From Octopus sinensis (taxonomy: Eukaryota): DNA of 64,000 nucleotides. Of this stretch, positions 25,878 through 38,377 are shown in pieces (the stretch's first letter is position 1; each line of letters starts with the position of its first letter). Position numbers and translations under genes: made by a program. The stretch spans positions 61,504,001 to 61,568,000 of the forward strand of contig NC_043006.1 in the NCBI RefSeq assembly GCF_006345805.1, written 5' to 3'. The notes beneath the pieces are model-generated. The model searched no databases. It was not told the DNA's origin and worked only from the letters and a program-made list of their open reading frames with translations.

Positions 25878-26618
25878 TAATATTCCTGGCCCAGGGTGTT
25901 CAAACTTGGTCTAAATTTTTAGATGTAATAAAGTTCTTTATTTTGGCGTTGGGTGAAGGTTACGCTGTCACTGAATTTGTAAATTGGGCAAGTTGTAAAT
26001 TTTGGATTTTCATTTGAAGCACATCTATCTATGTGACCGCTGACTGGTACTTTCCGGTATTCAGGGTTTCTAATTTGGGATTTATGCACCGCCATCCTTT
26101 TACGTAAGCTATTTTTTGTATGGCCTATATACTGCTTATTGCAACCTGCGAATGTTAAGACGTAAATTAAGTTTTCTGATGCACAGGTGAAGTTTGTTCT
26201 AATGGTGAACTGATGGCCTTGTTCTAGTCTAAATTCTGAATCTTCTACCAGGATGACACAGATTCCGCAGTTAGGCTTTCCACATTTTCTAACTACTGGT
26301 TTTGTGGTTGATGTTGAGTGCAGTTTAGCTTGGGTTAAAATCCTTTTCAAGGATTTTGGTTGCCGTTTACTTTTAATGATGGTGTGTGTTTCCAGGATCC
26401 GGTTCATATTTGGGTCTCCCTTTAGTAGGGCTGTGCTTTGTAGTATGGTGCTGAAGACCTCATTGTTAAGTGGGTTGTGTGTAGAGATGTAAGGAAGGGT
26501 TTTTAATTTTTCTTTCTTTTTTGGTTTTGTTTGTCTCAGGTCTTCTATACTTAATTTCAGTGCCCGTTGGATTGCACTGCCTATTAGGGGTTGTGGATAA
26601 TATCTATTTATGAGTGTA
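25878..26618 (-). mobile_element. Penelope-like element, 3' part (linker + GIY-YIG endonuclease)
   Basis: LPYISTHNP, KRQPKSLKRIL, KCGKPNCGIC, FTCASENLIYVLTFAGCNKQYIGHTKNSLRKRMAVH, KELYYI*KFRPSLN. The adjacent 25380-25860 may be a terminal-repeat region (unproven). Confidence 0.92.
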
Positions 26619-27845
26619 CGAGTGGCGTTCAATAAGTAATGCCCCTGACCCACTTCCCATAGCAGTAGAGCAACGACACTTGGCACAGTTATTAGTCTCT
26701 TCCTGCATAGGAACTACCCAGGGTTATGCATTTCTCCCATCGTTTGATACAGCTCTGGAGACCGTTTTTGTAGAAGACCCCGGCTTGGTCCTCCAACCAC
26801 GACGTGACTTCAGAAATCAAGGCTGCGTCATCTGGGAAACGCTTTCCTTTCAAAATCAACTTCATGGCTGGGAAGAGGTGAAAATCAGAGGGTGCAAGGG
26901 GAGGAGTTCATAGCTACACGCCTGTGCTTCTGATCTGGCGACACGCGAGTTGTGAACCGGAGCGTTGTCCTGCAGGAGGACGATTCCTTCGCTGATCTTG
27001 CCCCGCCTCTTGATTTTGATAGCTTCTCTTAATTTGCTCAAAAGTGAAGCATAATAGGCTCCTGTAATTGTGGTACAGTTTGCCAGGAAATCTGTCATCA
27101 CTACTCCGTCCTGGTCCCAGAAGACTGTGAGCATAACCTTGTCAGCGGAGGGATGCACCCTTGCCTTCTTTGGAGGAGGTGAGTCACGGTGCTTTCACTG
27201 CATTGACTGGGCTTTGGTCTATGGATCATAGTGATGGACCCAGGTTTTATCCTGTGTGACCAGACTTTTGAAAAATTTTGACTCATCTTCTTGGCACATC
27301 TCCAAATTCATCCTCGAGCACTCAACGCGTTCTTGCTTCTGGAAATCCATCTGGCAGACACCTTTTGCATATGCAAATGGTCATGAATGATAGTTTCCAC
27401 AGACCCGGTACGATTCTTGACCTTATGGGCTATTTGGCGAATAGTTATGCGTTGACCTTCCAAAATGGCAGCCTCAACTTGACGGACAGACGTCTCATCA
27501 ACGGCAGAAGGGGGCGACCAGATCTGGGAGCTGTTTCCACAGAGTTCCGACTATGTTTGAATTCACAATGCCAGCGTTTTACAAGGTCATATGATGGGGC
27601 ATCATCACCATAAGTTACTTTCAATTCATCAAAAGTCTCCCGTGGTGTGCGTCCTTTCAAATACAAAAACCAGATCACTGCTCGACACTCAACAGGCTCC
27701 ATTTCACACTTGACTCAGTTCAAACACCTGTAAATCGGAAACCACAATTAGTTCAGAGCTGTAATTCGCCACTTAATCTATAGGGGTATAAATAGATCAA
27801 ACAAGTGAAAGTGGGTCAGGAGCATTACTTATTGAACGCCGTTCG
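26619..27845 (-). mobile_element. Complete mariner transposon (1227 bp, defective transposase, probably irritans-like)
   Basis: TA-flanked ~35 bp TIRs CGAGTGGCGTTCAATAAGTAATGCCCCTGACCCAC and CGAACGGCGTTCAATAAGTAATGCTCCTGACCCAC (3 mismatches). Transposase starts MEPVECRAVIWFLYLKG at 27702 and has WVHHYDP and LLQDNAPVH. Frameshifts, and the YSPDL region is deleted. Confidence 0.95.
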
Positions 27846-28107
27846 TATTTCTAAGTTCCTGGAGAGGTGTGTGTCGGGTGTTTGTGTCTGACATTATGGT
27901 GCAAATCCTTCTAGCTAAACAAAAATGGACATTTATTCTAGTCTGTCTTGGGTGGCATGAATCACAGGGTAGGTACTGCTTGGAGTTTGTCGGTTTATAA
28001 TAGATATCAGTCTCTATTTTGTTGCCGGCTTTCTTAATGAGGATGTCTAAAAATAGCAATTCTTCTTCGTTATGATCCATCGTGAACTGAATATTATAAT
28101 TTATCAT
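27846..28107 (-). mobile_element. Penelope-like element, RT C-terminal (thumb) part
   Basis: IQFTMD...LLFLDILI...TDIYYKPTNSKQYL..DSCHP...ARRICTI motif; truncated at the following (TA)n. Confidence 0.9.
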
Positions 28108-28269
28108 TTATACATATATATATAACATATATATATATATACATGTATATATACATATACATATATATATATATATATATATACATATTTATACATATAT
28201 ATATTATATATATACATATATATATACATATATATTATATACATATATATATATACATATATATTATAC

Positions 28270-28320
<51 letters not shown>

Positions 28321-28560
28321 TATATATATATACATATATATACATATATGTGTATATACATATTTATACATATATATATACATATATACATATATATGTG
28401 TATATACATATATATATACATATATACATATATATGTGTATATACATATATATAGCATATATATATACATATCACTACACACACACACATATATATATAT
28501 ATTCATTTATATATATACACACATATATGTGTGTGTAGATGTATGCATGTATTTGTCAAC
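28108..28560. repeat. (TA)n/(TACA)n microsatellite
   Basis: Direct reading. Confidence 0.95.
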
Positions 28561-29279
28561 TGTATATTAGATATTTGAATTAGGTATACATCATAATTGA
28601 AGTAATGATAAAAAATAGCAATGCATCAAATTTCTAACTTCAATTTTCAGTTTACTAATTACCACGTTTAATACTGTTTGGATATTGATATTTTTTATAT
28701 TTGCTTTGTTAGATAATCTTTAAACCTGTCTCTGAATTTATCCATGAACTATTTCACCAACATCTTCCCACCATCTTTCTTATACTCATTTATCTCATCT
28801 ATATTTTTGATCTCATTTTTTCATCTTGGCATATAACAATTATTCATCTCACTGAAAGATAAGCCATAGATTTGACTTTCAGAATAATTGCAATTTCGTC
28901 TGCCAAAAATCATCAGTAATTAATTCTATTTTTTTAAATTTTACTTGTGTATGTTTACAAAAAAGAAAAAGATTTACAAAAAGAACTTTCATTTACATAA
29001 ACCATATGTAGGTAATGTAAATAATGTAAGAATATTGATGAAATTCAGAAAACATCCATTAGTTTGTCTTTAACTCGGCAATACAAATACATACATACAT
29101 TTACATACATACATACATATATACATATACATATACATACGTACATATACATGCGCACATACATATACATACACACAGACATGGATACACACACATACAC
29201 AAACATTATAGAGTTAGATAGATAGATATAGATATATATGCATGTATAAACATCTATATCTATATATGTGTATATATAT

Positions 29280-29346
<67 letters not shown>

Positions 29347-29602
29347 AGATAAGGAAATGGAGAAATACATCTAAATCAAATATCAATTACCAGATAATAC
29401 TCAATCACATACTTTATTAAACCTCCACATAAGAGACTGTAGGGTTAAATATAAAAAGCAGAACAAATCAGTGTACATAAAGGAATGTACATAAAAAAGT
29501 GTACATAAAAGTGTAATGTTGTATAATAAGCAGAATATATATAAAAGAGAATATAAATATAAGTAAATATAAATATAAGTAAATATAAATATAAGTATAG
29601 AT

Positions 29603-29735
29603 TACATCTTACAGCTGTTTCGGCCATGTAGATAAGTATGTCTCATTTTACCAATATTAGCATTTTTATGGTAGGTCAATATATAGATATAAATGAGACA
29701 TTTACAAAAATATCATAAGGCCTCTCCGGAGATTA
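29603..29735 (-). ncRNA. Degenerate hammerhead-like motif with long stem II loop
   Basis: Minus strand reads ATCT CCGGAGA GGCC [~93 nt] GGCC GAAAC AGCT GTA AGAT. The core deviates from CUGANGA at U4 and A6; the right-arm half copy at ~30307 reads CCGAAGA GGCC. Confidence 0.4.
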
Positions 29736-30380
29736 TGTAATATAAATCAGTCTACATATATACCCACATGGGTGTGGGTACATACCCATAATACAACATA
29801 TACATATAAGTGCATATACTCACACTCCTATACATATAAAAATATACATATACATAATGATATAAATAAATAATATAAATTAGTAAGCATATATATGTGT
29901 TCCACATTCAACGTCTCAGTTTTTCGACTTAATATTGTGATAATAAACATACACAAATTAGTACCTAGATGCAAATATACATAGTCAATAGCACATTATA
30001 TTACTTCATAATGACACTTAGAAATTAGTATGAAGTAATATAATGTGCTATTGACTATGTATATTTTCATCTACGTACTAATTTGTGTATGTTTATTATC
30101 ACAATATTAAGTCGAAAAACTGAGATGTTGACTGTGGAACACATATATGTTTACTAATTTATATTATTTATTTATATCATTATGTATATGTATATTTTTA
30201 TATGCATAGGAGTGTGAGTATATGCACTCATATGTATATGTTGTATTATGGGTATGTACCCACACCCACGTGGGTATATATGTAGACTGATTTATATTAC
30301 ATAATCTCCGAAGAGGCCTTATGATATTTTGTAAATGTCTCATTTATATCTATATATTGACCTACCATAAAAGGCTAATA
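29655..30380. repeat. 726 bp inverted repeat (~355 bp arms, 18 nt spacer at 30011-30028)
   Basis: TATTAGC.TTTTATGGTAGGTCAATATATAG...ATTATATTACTTCATA is mirrored by TATGAAGTAATATAAT...CCTACCATAAAAGGCTAATA. Differences are mostly substitutions. Confidence 0.95.
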
Positions 30381-30382
30381 AA

Positions 30383-30847
30383 AGTCTTACATGCGTTGCA
30401 TGCTTGTTACCTGCTATCCGTTCTATCTAGGGCATTCTTTCTTGATGTGGGAGATGGTATCATCCACTCTGTTGTAGATGCCAAGATTGATCCTCCATTT
30501 CGAGGCCATGACTTTATCTTGCGCTGCCAGGATTGTGCTCTCACTATCGTTGTTTTGTGTTCCTTTCTACAGCCAATCCCACCTATTTCCCCGGCAAATT
30601 CGGTTGTAGTTACAGGGAATTGATTGTGAAGTCCTTTGTTGCGTAATTCTTCTTGACGTTCTTTTTGTAGTCCTTCCTTTGTTTTTCCTATTTTCTCTGC
30701 TCTCCGTCGTTCCTGACTGTCACTAGCAATGTTTCCTTGTTTGGGGCTAGGTATATCATTAAGCGCTCGAGTACGATACGCACACAGTCTTCCACAATTA
30801 TCAGTCCTATTTGGGTTTGATGGAAAGTGTCAGTTCTCCACAGTCAC
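30383..30847 (-). mobile_element. Decayed R4/Dong-like retrotransposon fragment (copy X, internally deleted)
   Basis: Minus strand encodes GLIIVEDCV, AAQDKV and DDTISHIKKECP. Near-identical to 37795-38197 but lacks 37307-37794. Confidence 0.8.
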
Positions 30848-30864
30848 ACACATATACACATATA

Positions 30865-31090
30865 CAGGAATCCCTCAATTATAAGGGGTGTTACATTTCA
30901 AAATCCCCCGCGTTATGTGAAAATCCGCGAAGTAGAAACGGTACAGCACTGTATATCTTTTAAAAATTATTTTAATAATTGGTGTATATTAATTTTATTA
31001 TAAATGCAAAACAGCACCACGAAGGAATCGACGTAAGCTGAAATAATAAACCGCGATAGGTGAATTGCGAGGAAACACGATAGGTGGAGT
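30865..31090 (+). mobile_element. pogo/Tigger-like MITE remnant
   Basis: TA|CAGGAATCCCTC...GTTACATTTCAAAATCCCCCGCGTTATGTGAAAATCCGCGAAGTAG and distal AAACCGCGATAGGTGAA resemble Tigger-type termini as I recall them. The right TIR is degraded. Confidence 0.5.
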
Positions 31091-31210
31091 AGAGCAAAAG
31101 ATTTGCTGCAGCAATCTTTTATACCAAGGGAATGCATGTACTTGATAACACTTCCAACAGTTAAAATGAGAAACTATGAGAACCAATGCCTGGTATGGCA
31201 TTAGAGCATT
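31091..31210. repeat. Terminal fragment of a dispersed repeat (second copy at 54145-54650)
   Basis: TTTTATACCAA..GATAACACTTCCAA..AGAAACTATGAGAACCAATGCCTGGTA aligns with 54565-54650. Confidence 0.65.
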
Positions 31211-31231
31211 TATTATTATTATTATTATTAC

Positions 31232-33127
31232 TTTTTTTTTCTTGTTTCAAATTTTCTTCCATTTCTTGCCGAGTGTCTTCCCGACTCCTAGGGCAAAGAA
31301 ACTCATAGTGTATATTGGTAGGCCATTAAACCAAACTCAGTAGTTCGTTCATTTTTTTTTTTTAAAGCTAAATTAAAATACATGAGCAGCAACAGTTCTC
31401 ACATCGACAATGCTCTTCTCAATACGTGTGATGTACCAGTTAAGACAATCTTTTGCACTTCTTGCAGGGATGGTAAGCCAGGGATCATTCTCATATAATT
31501 TTCGGTTCCCTTCTTGATCATTCCTAGTGCTCCTACGATCACTGGTATTGTAACCGCCTTGAGATGCCACATTTTCTCAATTTCAATGAGTAGGTCTTTA
31601 TATTTTCTGAGCTTGTCAAACTCTTTCGCTGAGATATTATGATCACAGGGGATGCTCATGTCGATCAATAAGCAAACTTTATTGTTTTGGTCTTTCACAA
31701 CAATATCTGGTATATTGGCCTTGATGGTTCGGTCTGTTTGTACTGGAAAGTCCCACAGAATGGTTACATTTTCTCCTTCAGTTACAGCCTCAGGGTGGTG
31801 ATTATACCACTTGTCGGCAGTTTTGATATTGTAATGCCGACTTATTAGCCAGTGGAGATATTGGCCAAATCTGTCATGTCTTAATTTATACTCCACTGGT
31901 GCTAAGACTTTACATCCAGAGATTAGGTGGTCCACTGTTTCAATCATGTCGTTGCAGAATCGGCATTTTGGGTCTGCTCCATTTTTCATCACATTGGGCT
32001 GGTAGTTCCGGGTTAATAGGCTTTGGTCTTGAGCAGCCAGGATGAAACCTTCGCTCTCTGCTTTTAGCCCTAAGGTCCGCAGCCACTGATGGGTTTGCTT
32101 CTGGTCAACATCAGCTTGTTTGCTGCGGGTCACATATTTGCCGTGCAGAGGTTTCTCCTCCCACCTATCAGCTTAATTACTCGTGCGCTTTTTTCATTGC
32201 CATCATTTTCACATTCTTTGCAACAATAGTTGCCGTACTTCCCTCGGGTTGTTCAGTTTGGGTATCCTCCACGAGATCAATAGCAAATGTTTTGCTTTCC
32301 TTGATGATAGAATGAAGCTTCTTTCGTCTCTCGTGATTTTCCACGAGCTTTAGCATCCAGTCATTCGATATTTCGAGATATTTGGCCAGTCCAATTATGG
32401 TTGTTTTGTAAGCTAGTTCAAATTGGATCAGGCCTCGACCTCCTTGGGCTCTGGGAAGGTAATGGCGATCTACGTCTGCCTTTGGGTGGTGCATCCTATT
32501 ACAACTCAGCAGCTTGCGTATTTTTCTATCTATATTCTTTACTTCACTCATATTCCAGTTCAACACATTGTAGCTATAAGTAACAACTGGAACTGCTAAG
32601 GAATTTATAGCTAACACCTTGTTACGTGCATTTAGTTCAGATTTCAGGACTGCACCAACTCTCCTATAACATTCCTTCCTGATTTTCCCTTTCATGCTTG
32701 CATGCTGAATACCAGAGCCTTCATTTATCCCTAAATATTTGTATGTCTGTTCTTGCTCAAGCTCTCTTATGACTGTGTCAACATTTAACACGACTGAATT
32801 TGTGGTCTTCACTTTCCCTTTCTGGAAAGTGGCCTTGGCACACTTCTCAAGTCCAAACTCCATCCCGATGTCATCGCTGAATGCTTTCACGGTGCGCAAT
32901 AGGCCTTCAAGTTCATTATTGTCTTTACCATAAAGTTTTAAGTCATCCATATAAAATAGATGGCTTATTTTTTTATTGGCAATTTTATACCCGTACCCTG
33001 TTCTGTTAAATTCACTTGTAAGGGGTATGCAGAATATTAAAGGTGAAAGTGAGTCACCTTGAAAAATTCCACAGTTGATGTTTATATTTTCTGAGGCAAG
33101 TACTCCATTAGAGTGGTATAATTGGAG

Positions 33128-33130
<3 letters not shown>
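31232..33130 (-). mobile_element. R4/Dong-like RLE non-LTR retrotransposon, copy A (5'-truncated, 1.9 kb)
   Basis: RT FYMDDLKL, FGLEKCA, YKYLG; CRFC..ETVDHLISGC zinc knuckle; RLE LWDF..TD.TIKANIPDIVV..LLIDMSIP..K..KY; PVIVGALG. The A-run 3' end continues into (TAA)n, and the 5' junction also lies in (TAA)n. Confidence 0.95.
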
Positions 33131-33168
<38 letters not shown>

Positions 33169-33737
33169 TATTATTATTATTATTATTACTAATATTATTA
33201 TCATTATTATTACAAATATTATTATTATTATTACTAATATTATTATTATCATTATTATTACTAATATTATTATTATTATTATTACTAATATTATTATTAT
33301 CATTATTATTATTATTACTAATATTATTATTATTATTATTACTAACATTATTATTATTATTATTATCATTACTAATATTATTATTATTATTATTACTAAT
33401 ATTGTTATTATTACTAATATTATTATTATCATTATTATTATTATTATTATTATCATCATCATTATTATTAGTATTATTATTGTTATTACTAATATTATTA
33501 TTGTTATTACTAATATTATTATTATTATTACTAATAGTATTATTATTATTATTATTATTACTTATATATTACTAATATTATTATTATTATTATTACTAAT
33601 GTTATCATTATTATTATTATTATTACTAATATTATTATTATTATTATTATTATTACTAATATTATTATTATTATTATTTTTATTATCACTAATATTATTA
33701 TTATTATTATTACTAATATTATTATTATTATTACTAA

Positions 33738-33774
<37 letters not shown>

Positions 33775-33866
33775 ATTATCATTATTAATAATATTATTAT
33801 TATTACTAATATTATTATTATTATTATTACTAATATTATGATTATTATTATTACAAAATATTATTA
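33131..33866. repeat. ~735 bp (ATT)n array with recurring ACTAAT interruptions
   Basis: Direct reading. Confidence 0.95.
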
Positions 33867-36776
33867 TTTTTTTTTTCTTGTTTCAAATTTGCTTCCATTT
33901 CTTGCCGAGTGTCTTCCCGACTCCTAGGGCAAAGAAACTCATAGTATACATTGGTAGGCCATTAAACCAAACTCAATAGTTCGTTCATTTTTTTTTTTTT
34001 TTTTTAAGTTAAATTAAAATACATGAGCAGCAACAATTCTCACATCGACAATGCTCTTCTCAATACATGTGATGTACCAGTTAAGAGAATATTTTGCACT
34101 TGCAGGGATAGTAAGCCAGGGATCATTCTCATATAATTTTCGGTTCCCTTCTTGATCATTCCTAGTGCTCCTACGATCACTGGTATTGTAACCGCCTTGA
34201 GATGCCACATTTTCTCAATTTCAGTGAGTAGGTCTTTATATTTTCTGAGCTTGTCAAACTCTTTCGCTGAGATATTATGATCACAGGGGATGCTCATGTC
34301 GATCAATAAGCAAACTTTATTGTTTTGGTCTTTCACAACAATATGGTTTATTGGCCTTGATGGTTCGGTCTGTTTGTACTGGAAAGTCCCACAGAATGGT
34401 TACATTTTCTCCTTCAGTTACAGCCTCAGGGTGGTGATTATACCACTTGTCGGCAGTTTTGATATTGTAATGCCGACTTATTAGCCAGTGTAGGTATTGG
34501 CCAACTCTGTCATGTCTTAATTTATACTCCACTGGTGCTAAGACTTTACATCCAGAGATTAGGTGGTCCACTGTTTCAATCATGTCGTTGCAGAATCGGC
34601 ATTTTGGGTCTGCTCCATTTTTCATCACATTGGCCTGGTAGTTCCGGGTTAATAGGCTTTGGTCTTGAGCAGCCAGGATGAAACCTTCGCTCTCTGCTTT
34701 TAGCCCTAAGGTCCGCAGCCACTGATGGGTTTGCTTCTGGTCAACATCAGCTTGTTTGCTGCGGGTCACATATTTGCCGTGCAGAGGTTTCTCCTCCCAC
34801 CTATCAGCCAATTGCTCGTGCGCTTTTTTCGTTGCCATCATTTTCACCTTCTTTGCAACAATAGTTGCCGTACTTCCGTCGGGTTGTTCAGTTTGGGTAT
34901 CCCGCACAAGATCAATAGCAAATATTTTGCTTTCCTTTATGATAGAATGAAGCTTCTTTCGTCTCTCGTGATTTTCCACGAGCTTTAGCATCCAGTCATT
35001 CGATATTTCGAGATATTTGGCCAGTCCAATTGTGGTTGTTTTGTAAGCTAGTTCAAATTGGATCAGGCCTCGACCTCCTTGGGCTCTGGGAAGGTAAAGG
35101 CGATCTACGTCTGCCTTTGGGTGGTGCATCCTATTACAACTCAGCAGCTTGCGTATTTTCCTATCTATATTCTTTACTTCACTCATATTCCAGTTCAACA
35201 CATTGTAGCTATAAGTAACAACTGGAACTGCTAAGGAATTTATAGCTAACACCTTGTTACGTGCATTTAGTTCAGATTTCAGGACTGCACCAACTCTCCT
35301 ATAACATTCCTAACTGATCTTCTCTTTCATGCTTGCATGCTGAATACCAGAGTCTTCATTTATCCCTAAATATTTGTATGTTTGTTCTTGCTCAAGCTCT
35401 CTTATGACTGTGTCAACATCTAACACGACTGAATTTGTGGTCTTCACTTTCCCTTTCTGGAAAGTGGCCTTGGCACACTTCTCAAGTCCAAACTCCATCC
35501 CGATGTCATCGCTGAATGCTTTCACGGTGCGCAACAGGCCTTCAAGTTCATTATTGTCTTTACCATAAAGTTTTAAGTCATCCATATAAAATAGATGACT
35601 TATTTTTTTATTGGCAATTTTATACCCATACCCTGTTCTGTTTAATTCACTTGTAAGGGGTATTAGGGATATGCAGAATATTAAAGGTGAAAGTGAGTCA
35701 CCTTGAAAAATTCCACAGTGGATGTTTATATTTTCTGAGGCAAGTACTCCATTAGAGTGGTATAATTGGAGATTCGTATTCCACAACGACATATTGTGCT
35801 TCAGGAAGTTTGAAATCACAGGGGAAATTTTGAAGATGTCCGGCGATCTCAAGATCCATGGATGCGGTATACTGTCGAAGGCCTTTTTATAATCAATCCA
35901 TGTTGTGACAGTTCTCAAGGATCATACGATTGATTAGCAGTTGATCTTTGCATCCGTAAGAGCCTCGGCGGCACCCTTTTTGTTCGATGGGGAAAATATC
36001 GTTTTTCTCCATGAATGCATATGTTTTCTCCGCCAGGATTGATGTTAGGATTTTATACGTGGTGGGTAGACAGGTTATAGGCCGGTAGTTTTTTGGAAGG
36101 TTGGTTTCGTTATTCTTTGGGAGTAGGTAAGTGATGCCACTTGCTAACCATTCTGGTGTTTTCTTTGGGTCTCTCATAATTCCATTGAGCAGCTGAACTA
36201 GCTTACCGTGTGCGCATGGGAGCGATCCGATCCAGAAATTCGGCACCCTATCTTTACCGGGGGATTTCCAATTATCGGCCTTCGTGAGTGCCTTTCTTAG
36301 GTCTGCTATTGTGATGTCTTCCCATTCTTGTTGTTGTAAATTTTGGTAGGATCCTTCAGTTTGTATAATCCAGTCTGCATTTATGTTGTACGTCTTCTTG
36401 TCACTCCAAATCCTTTTCCAAAAGATTTGGACTTCTTCCATGGGAAGGGGGTCTTTAACGGTTACTTTCTCCTTCCCTATTTCTCTGTAGAATTTTTTGG
36501 CATTGGATGTGAACAGCTTATTTTGCTTGTAAAACTTGTTTCTCTTCTCCAATCTTCGTATTCTTTGGGCTTTCACTTGGACTTTTTGTTTCAGCGTTTC
36601 TTTTATTGATATCAGTTTTTCTCTTGGTGAGGATCCAAATTTTCTCTTCATCTTTCTTCCTGTTCTGGATCTTACATCATTTCCACATATTAGTTAATTT
36701 AATATTGATATTTCCCCTCTCATAAATTCAATCTCTTTTTCAATTTTACTTCTCCAGGTTTGATTTCTTCCCAGGT

Positions 36777-36780
<4 letters not shown>
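33867..36780 (-). mobile_element. R4/Dong-like RLE non-LTR retrotransposon, copy B (5'-truncated, 2.9 kb)
   Basis: Same family as copy A, plus NWKSPGKD, NYRPITCLPTTYK, QKGCRRGSYGCKDQLLIN, WIDYKKAFDSIPH and GIFQGDSLSP. Several frameshifts and deletions. Both ends abut (TAA)n. Confidence 0.95.
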
Positions 36781-36817
<37 letters not shown>

Positions 36818-36825
36818 TAATATTA

Positions 36826-36893
<68 letters not shown>

Positions 36894-36938
36894 TATTATT
36901 ATTATTATTACTAATATTATTATTATTATTATTACTAA

Positions 36939-36987
<49 letters not shown>

Positions 36988-36988
36988 T
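36781..36988. repeat. (ATT)n microsatellite
   Basis: Direct reading. Confidence 0.95.
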
Positions 36989-36998
36989 GTTCTTGTTC

Positions 36999-37212
36999 AG
37001 GAGACGATCTAACGGAATCGATAATACGCCGCGCATAATGCTTATTGTATTTTGTCCGTCTTCACCTTCTCAGTTCAAATTCTGCCGAAGTCGACTTTGC
37101 CCCTTTTTACTTTCGAGGTCAATAAATTTAGTACCAGTTACACTCTAGGATCCATGTAATCAATTATCTCCCTCCCTCAAATTTCATACCTTGTGACATT
37201 AATAGAAAATAT
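36999..37212 (+). mobile_element. Decayed Nin/Deu-domain SINE
   Basis: CAGTTCAAATTCTGCCGAAGTCGACTTTGCC...GAGGTCAATAAATTTAGTACCAGTTA core. Confidence 0.75.
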
Positions 37213-38197
37213 TATGATCATTATTCTTATTTATCTTTATCACATGTTTTGTTGAAGCTCCTAGAGTCTTACATGCGTTGCGGGCTTGTTACCTGCTATC
37301 CGTTCTTCTCACCTATCTAATACTTTATTGATTATTCTAGCCGTGCGAAGGAGGCAAAAGTTTTAAAGATTTCTACTGGGCACTCTGTTCCAATGTATAT
37401 TCCTCTTGTTGTTTTCTGATACTGTTCTCTCAAAGAGACAACAATAACTGGCACTAACTTCACCTTCTTCATTTTCTATATCCGGTTGTAATTATCTATC
37501 TTATCGCCTTTCTTCTTGACCCTTCGTGGTAAATCGGGCATACAACATAAACTATATTGTATATGTGGTGTACCTTGTCTACCACCACTAAGTCCGGTCT
37601 ATTATGCTCTAGCACCTGATCTGTTTGGATTGGGAAATCGCAGACGATTTTTCTAGTCTTCGACTCTATCAGACTCAGCGGTTTGTGCTCATACCACGTC
37701 TTGCCTCTCTCTAGCCCCCACTTTCGCACAGTTTCCAATGTAGCAATTTCGCTACCTGACCGTACCGCCACAACTCGTAGTTGTTTTGGGAATGTCTAGG
37801 GCATTCGTTCTTGATGTCCGCTCTGTTGTAGATGCCAAGATTGATCCTCCATTTCGAGGCCAAGACTTTATCTTGCGCTGCAGTATTGTGCTCGCACTAT
37901 CGTTTAGTGTTCCTTTCTTCAGCCAATCCCACCTATTTTCCCGGCAAATTCGGTTGTAGTCACATGGAATTGATCGTGAAGTCCTTTGTTGCGTAATTCT
38001 TCTTGACGTTCTTTTTGTAGTCCTTCCTTTGTTTTTCCTATTTTCTCTGCTCTCCGTCGTTCCTGACTGTCACTAGCAATGTTTCCTTGTTTGGGGCTAG
38101 GTATATCATTAAGCGCTCGAGTACGATACGCACACAGTCTTCCACAATTATCAGTCCTATTTGGGTTTGATGGAAAGTGTCAATTCTCCACAGTCAC
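37213..38197 (-). mobile_element. Decayed R4/Dong-like 3' fragment (copy X', second family)
   Basis: HIKNECP, QVAKLLHWKLCEKWG, WYEHKP, CDFPIQTDQVLEHNRPDLVVVDK (RLE), then 3' UTR. Confidence 0.88.
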
Positions 38198-38377
38198 TAG
38201 AATAAGTTGACACATGTTTACTGGTCATCCTTGAAGAACCTTTAGAAAAAACTTTGCAGGTGTACTGTCTTTACATTTTTACCACTCTTTTTGAGCCATG
38301 TTGGTTGTGTTAATACATGTTGAATGCTAAATATTATGATTATTATTAGCAGCAGCAGTAGTTTTATTATTGAATAC

